DNA from: a virus
Taxonomy: Duplodnaviria > Caudoviricetes
Direction: 5' to 3' (one strand)
Virus record (IMG/VR): IMGVR_UViG_3300005611_000158
Location: 1-28,039 of that record
Length of the DNA: 28,039 nt
The position numbers and the translations under genes were made by a program. The notes under the pieces were generated by a model. That model saw only the letters and a program-made list of their open reading frames with translations. It ran no database searches and was not told where the DNA came from. This document shows positions 26,543 through 28,039 of this stretch, piece by piece (position 1 is the stretch's first letter; every line of letters begins with the position of its first letter).

Positions 26543-26592
26543 AATGACCTCCTATAGTCATCTCAGTGAATACATTCATTTCTATTCAATTG

Positions 26593-26675
26593 TGAACAAG
26601 GGGGTTGCCCTCACCGAAGGTGGGGCACACCCCCCTGCAGTGCAGAAAGAAGCTCAACGCAACCAACTACACAAC
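26593..26675 (-). repeat. Early-region repeat cassette, copy 1 (motif + hairpin)
   Basis: About 80-bp near-identical to 27079-27157. Confidence 0.9.
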
Positions 26676-27056
26676 TGGAGCCCCCTCAGGAACGTACCTG
26701 ACAACCCGATGGGGCAAACCAAATTCAGCACAAATCGCAATCATGTGCCTCGAACCAGGGGACACACCATCCCAAAAAATCAGTGCATCCGTAGCGAACT
26801 CAGCCATCTCCATATTGCGAAGATAGCCCGCACGCCGACCATACCTACTCCAGTCAGCGGGAAACCGATGAACCGGAACACCAAACTCACGAGCCCAACG
26901 CTCACCCAAAGCATCAGCACCACGAGCAGTGCCAGACACAATAGACAGAGTGTTGTCTCCGAACGCAAACGCATCAACAAGCGCATGCACCTCACGATTC
27001 AACAAGTCATAGTCACTGAAACTACGAGAACCAGCAACAATCAAACGCATATCCAT
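26667..27056 (-). CDS. SLOG-fold protein (YspA/DUF2493-like)
   Basis: RLIVAGSRSFSDY, IVSGTARGADALGE.WA, FPADW..YG..AG..RN.EM, FWDG.S.GS; start re-called at MDMRL. Confidence 0.9.
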   Translation of the reverse strand: MDMRLIVAGSRSFSDYDLLNREVHALVDAFAFGDNTLSIVSGTARGADALGERWAREFGVPVHRFPADWSRYGRRAGYLRNMEMAEFATDALIFWDGVSPGSRHMIAICAEFGLPHRVVRYVPEGAPVV

Positions 27057-27078
27057 CTCAACTCCAATCAACAGTGAA

Positions 27079-27157
27079 TGAACAAGGGGGTTGCCCTCAG
27101 CGAAGCAGGGCACACCCCCCAATGCAGAAGGAAGCTCAACGCAACCAACTACACAAC
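27079..27157 (-). repeat. Early-region repeat cassette, copy 2
   Basis: See copy 1; compensatory change in the apical stem. Confidence 0.9.
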
Positions 27158-27238
27158 CGGACCGCCAACAAAAGCCGGCAGAAAAAACAGGACGAGGAAA
27201 CCCACATCCCTGAGAGCATTACGAAAACGAATCATCAT
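27149..27238 (-). CDS. Candidate 29-aa membrane peptide
   Basis: MMIRFRNALRDVGFLVLFFLPAFVGGPVV; GGAGG 9 nt upstream; stop codon supplied by the repeat. Confidence 0.45.
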   Translation of the reverse strand: MMIRFRNALRDVGFLVLFFLPAFVGGPVV

Positions 27239-27443
27239 CCGCACCATCCTCCCAACCGTCAGGCACAACCAAGTCCCATCCATCCGAAGACTCAATCATG
27301 CACACCACAAAATAACCCTCACCCGTACCACACATACTCTGGTACGCACGAGCGTCAGCCAATGTTTGGAACCTGGCTTTCTGCACACACTCACCATGCG
27401 TGCGCTCACGAACCTCAACACGATAACCAACTGCTGTACTCAC
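27219..27443 (-). CDS. Small acidic hypothetical early protein (74 aa)
   Basis: AGGAGG SD before GTG. Confidence 0.75.
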   Translation of the reverse strand: MSTAVGYRVEVRERTHGECVQKARFQTLADARAYQSMCGTGEGYFVVCMIESSDGWDLVVPDGWEDGADDDSFS

Positions 27444-27508
27444 AATAACCTCCTAATCAAATGAGTCGCTTCCTGTGAGCGGGACCGGAAAGCCCCGCCC
27501 ACAACAGG

Positions 27509-27595
27509 TCAAACGACGTCGGACCATCGCGCCTGCTGATAAGCACACACGACAATGCAAACACCGTTGTCCCGCGGATTGCCACACTCACACAT
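27509..27595 (-). CDS. Candidate 28-aa four-cysteine peptide
   Basis: AAGGAGGT SD; MCECGNPRDNGVCIVVCAYQQARWSDVV. Confidence 0.55.
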   Translation of the reverse strand: MCECGNPRDNGVCIVVCAYQQARWSDVV

Positions 27596-27723
27596 GGCTA
27601 CCTCCTTCAAGAAACAACGAAGGGAGAACCCCCCTCGCGAATGCGATTAGGGGGGGTTCTCCACTCGAAGAAGGAAAGCCCAACGCTCCCGAAAGATAAC
27701 GTAAGCGTGAGATAAACTCAGCC

Positions 27724-27754
27724 CTCTAACGAGCACGCTGACCCCTCGTTAGAG
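27724..27754. repeat. Perfect 10-bp inverted repeat
   Basis: CTCTAACGAG-N11-CTCGTTAGAG. Confidence 0.85.
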
Positions 27755-27808
27755 TCGGCGGGTGTGTTGCTTTGGGGCTGTGCGGTGTGTGGTGTTTTCC
27801 GGCTGGGG

Positions 27809-27872
27809 GGATGCGCGGATGCGGGGATGCGGGGTTGTGCGACTGTGTGGTTGTGTGGCTGTGCGACTGTGT
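27809..27872. repeat. Tandem array of eight degenerate octamers
   Basis: GGATGCGC GGATGCGG GGATGCGG GGTTGTGC GACTGTGT GGTTGTGT GGCTGTGC GACTGTGT. Confidence 0.85.
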
Positions 27873-28039
27873 TGCACTGTGGTGCACGGGGGCAGCGGGG
27901 CTGCAAGCCTGCAGAGGCCGCGGCGGTGCGAGCCTGCGAGCACCAGAGCGGCCGTGTGGCCGCAAGGTGCCCGCCAAAACGCGGAAGGGCAAAGGGGGGT
28001 TGCTGGTTTGGCAGGGAAGGGGGCGGGGGAGCGGAGGGG

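Noticed and set aside
26593-27157. Repeats as a CRISPR array or integron attC sites
   Set aside because: Only two full ~80-bp copies separated by a whole gene; no integrase and no convincing attC R-box pair
27718-27992. Three overlapping minus-strand ORFs at the right end
   Set aside because: Low-complexity translations of the octamer array, no SD
1-28039. Alternative genetic code
   Set aside because: TAA, TAG and TGA all end intact genes and coding density is high under the standard code

Overview
Roughly 50% GC fragment of a tailed dsDNA phage genome, probably a podovirus-like phage of an actinobacterial host (host inferred from TAnnnT/leaderless starts and from gene families). Nearly all genes lie on the minus strand and read right to left. 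The order is: an octamer-repeat region at the right end; an early region of small genes separated by repeated hairpin cassettes (SLOG protein, SSB); a candidate iteron-type origin (25492-25694); a MoxR-like AAA+ ATPase and vWA-like partner split by two structured RNA candidates; acidic unknowns; HTH; SNF2-like helicase; Cas4-like exonuclease; a second ssDNA-binding protein; a RepB/D5-type primase-helicase; HNH; a lone plus-strand tail-fibre-like gene; RuvC-like resolvase; TerL; portal; four small proteins including a HiPIP-like 4-Cys protein; a 426-bp gap with candidate small RNAs; scaffold; major capsid; adaptor; nozzle. No integrase, DNA polymerase, lysin, tRNA, reverse transcriptase or CRISPR array was seen. 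The most notable signals are non-coding: candidate structured RNAs at 23403-23700 and 5755-6005, the repeated early cassette, the iteron region next to an apparently inactivated endonuclease VII-like protein, and apparent total absence of GATC. All protein calls are by motif recognition and all RNA folds were made by eye, with no database search.
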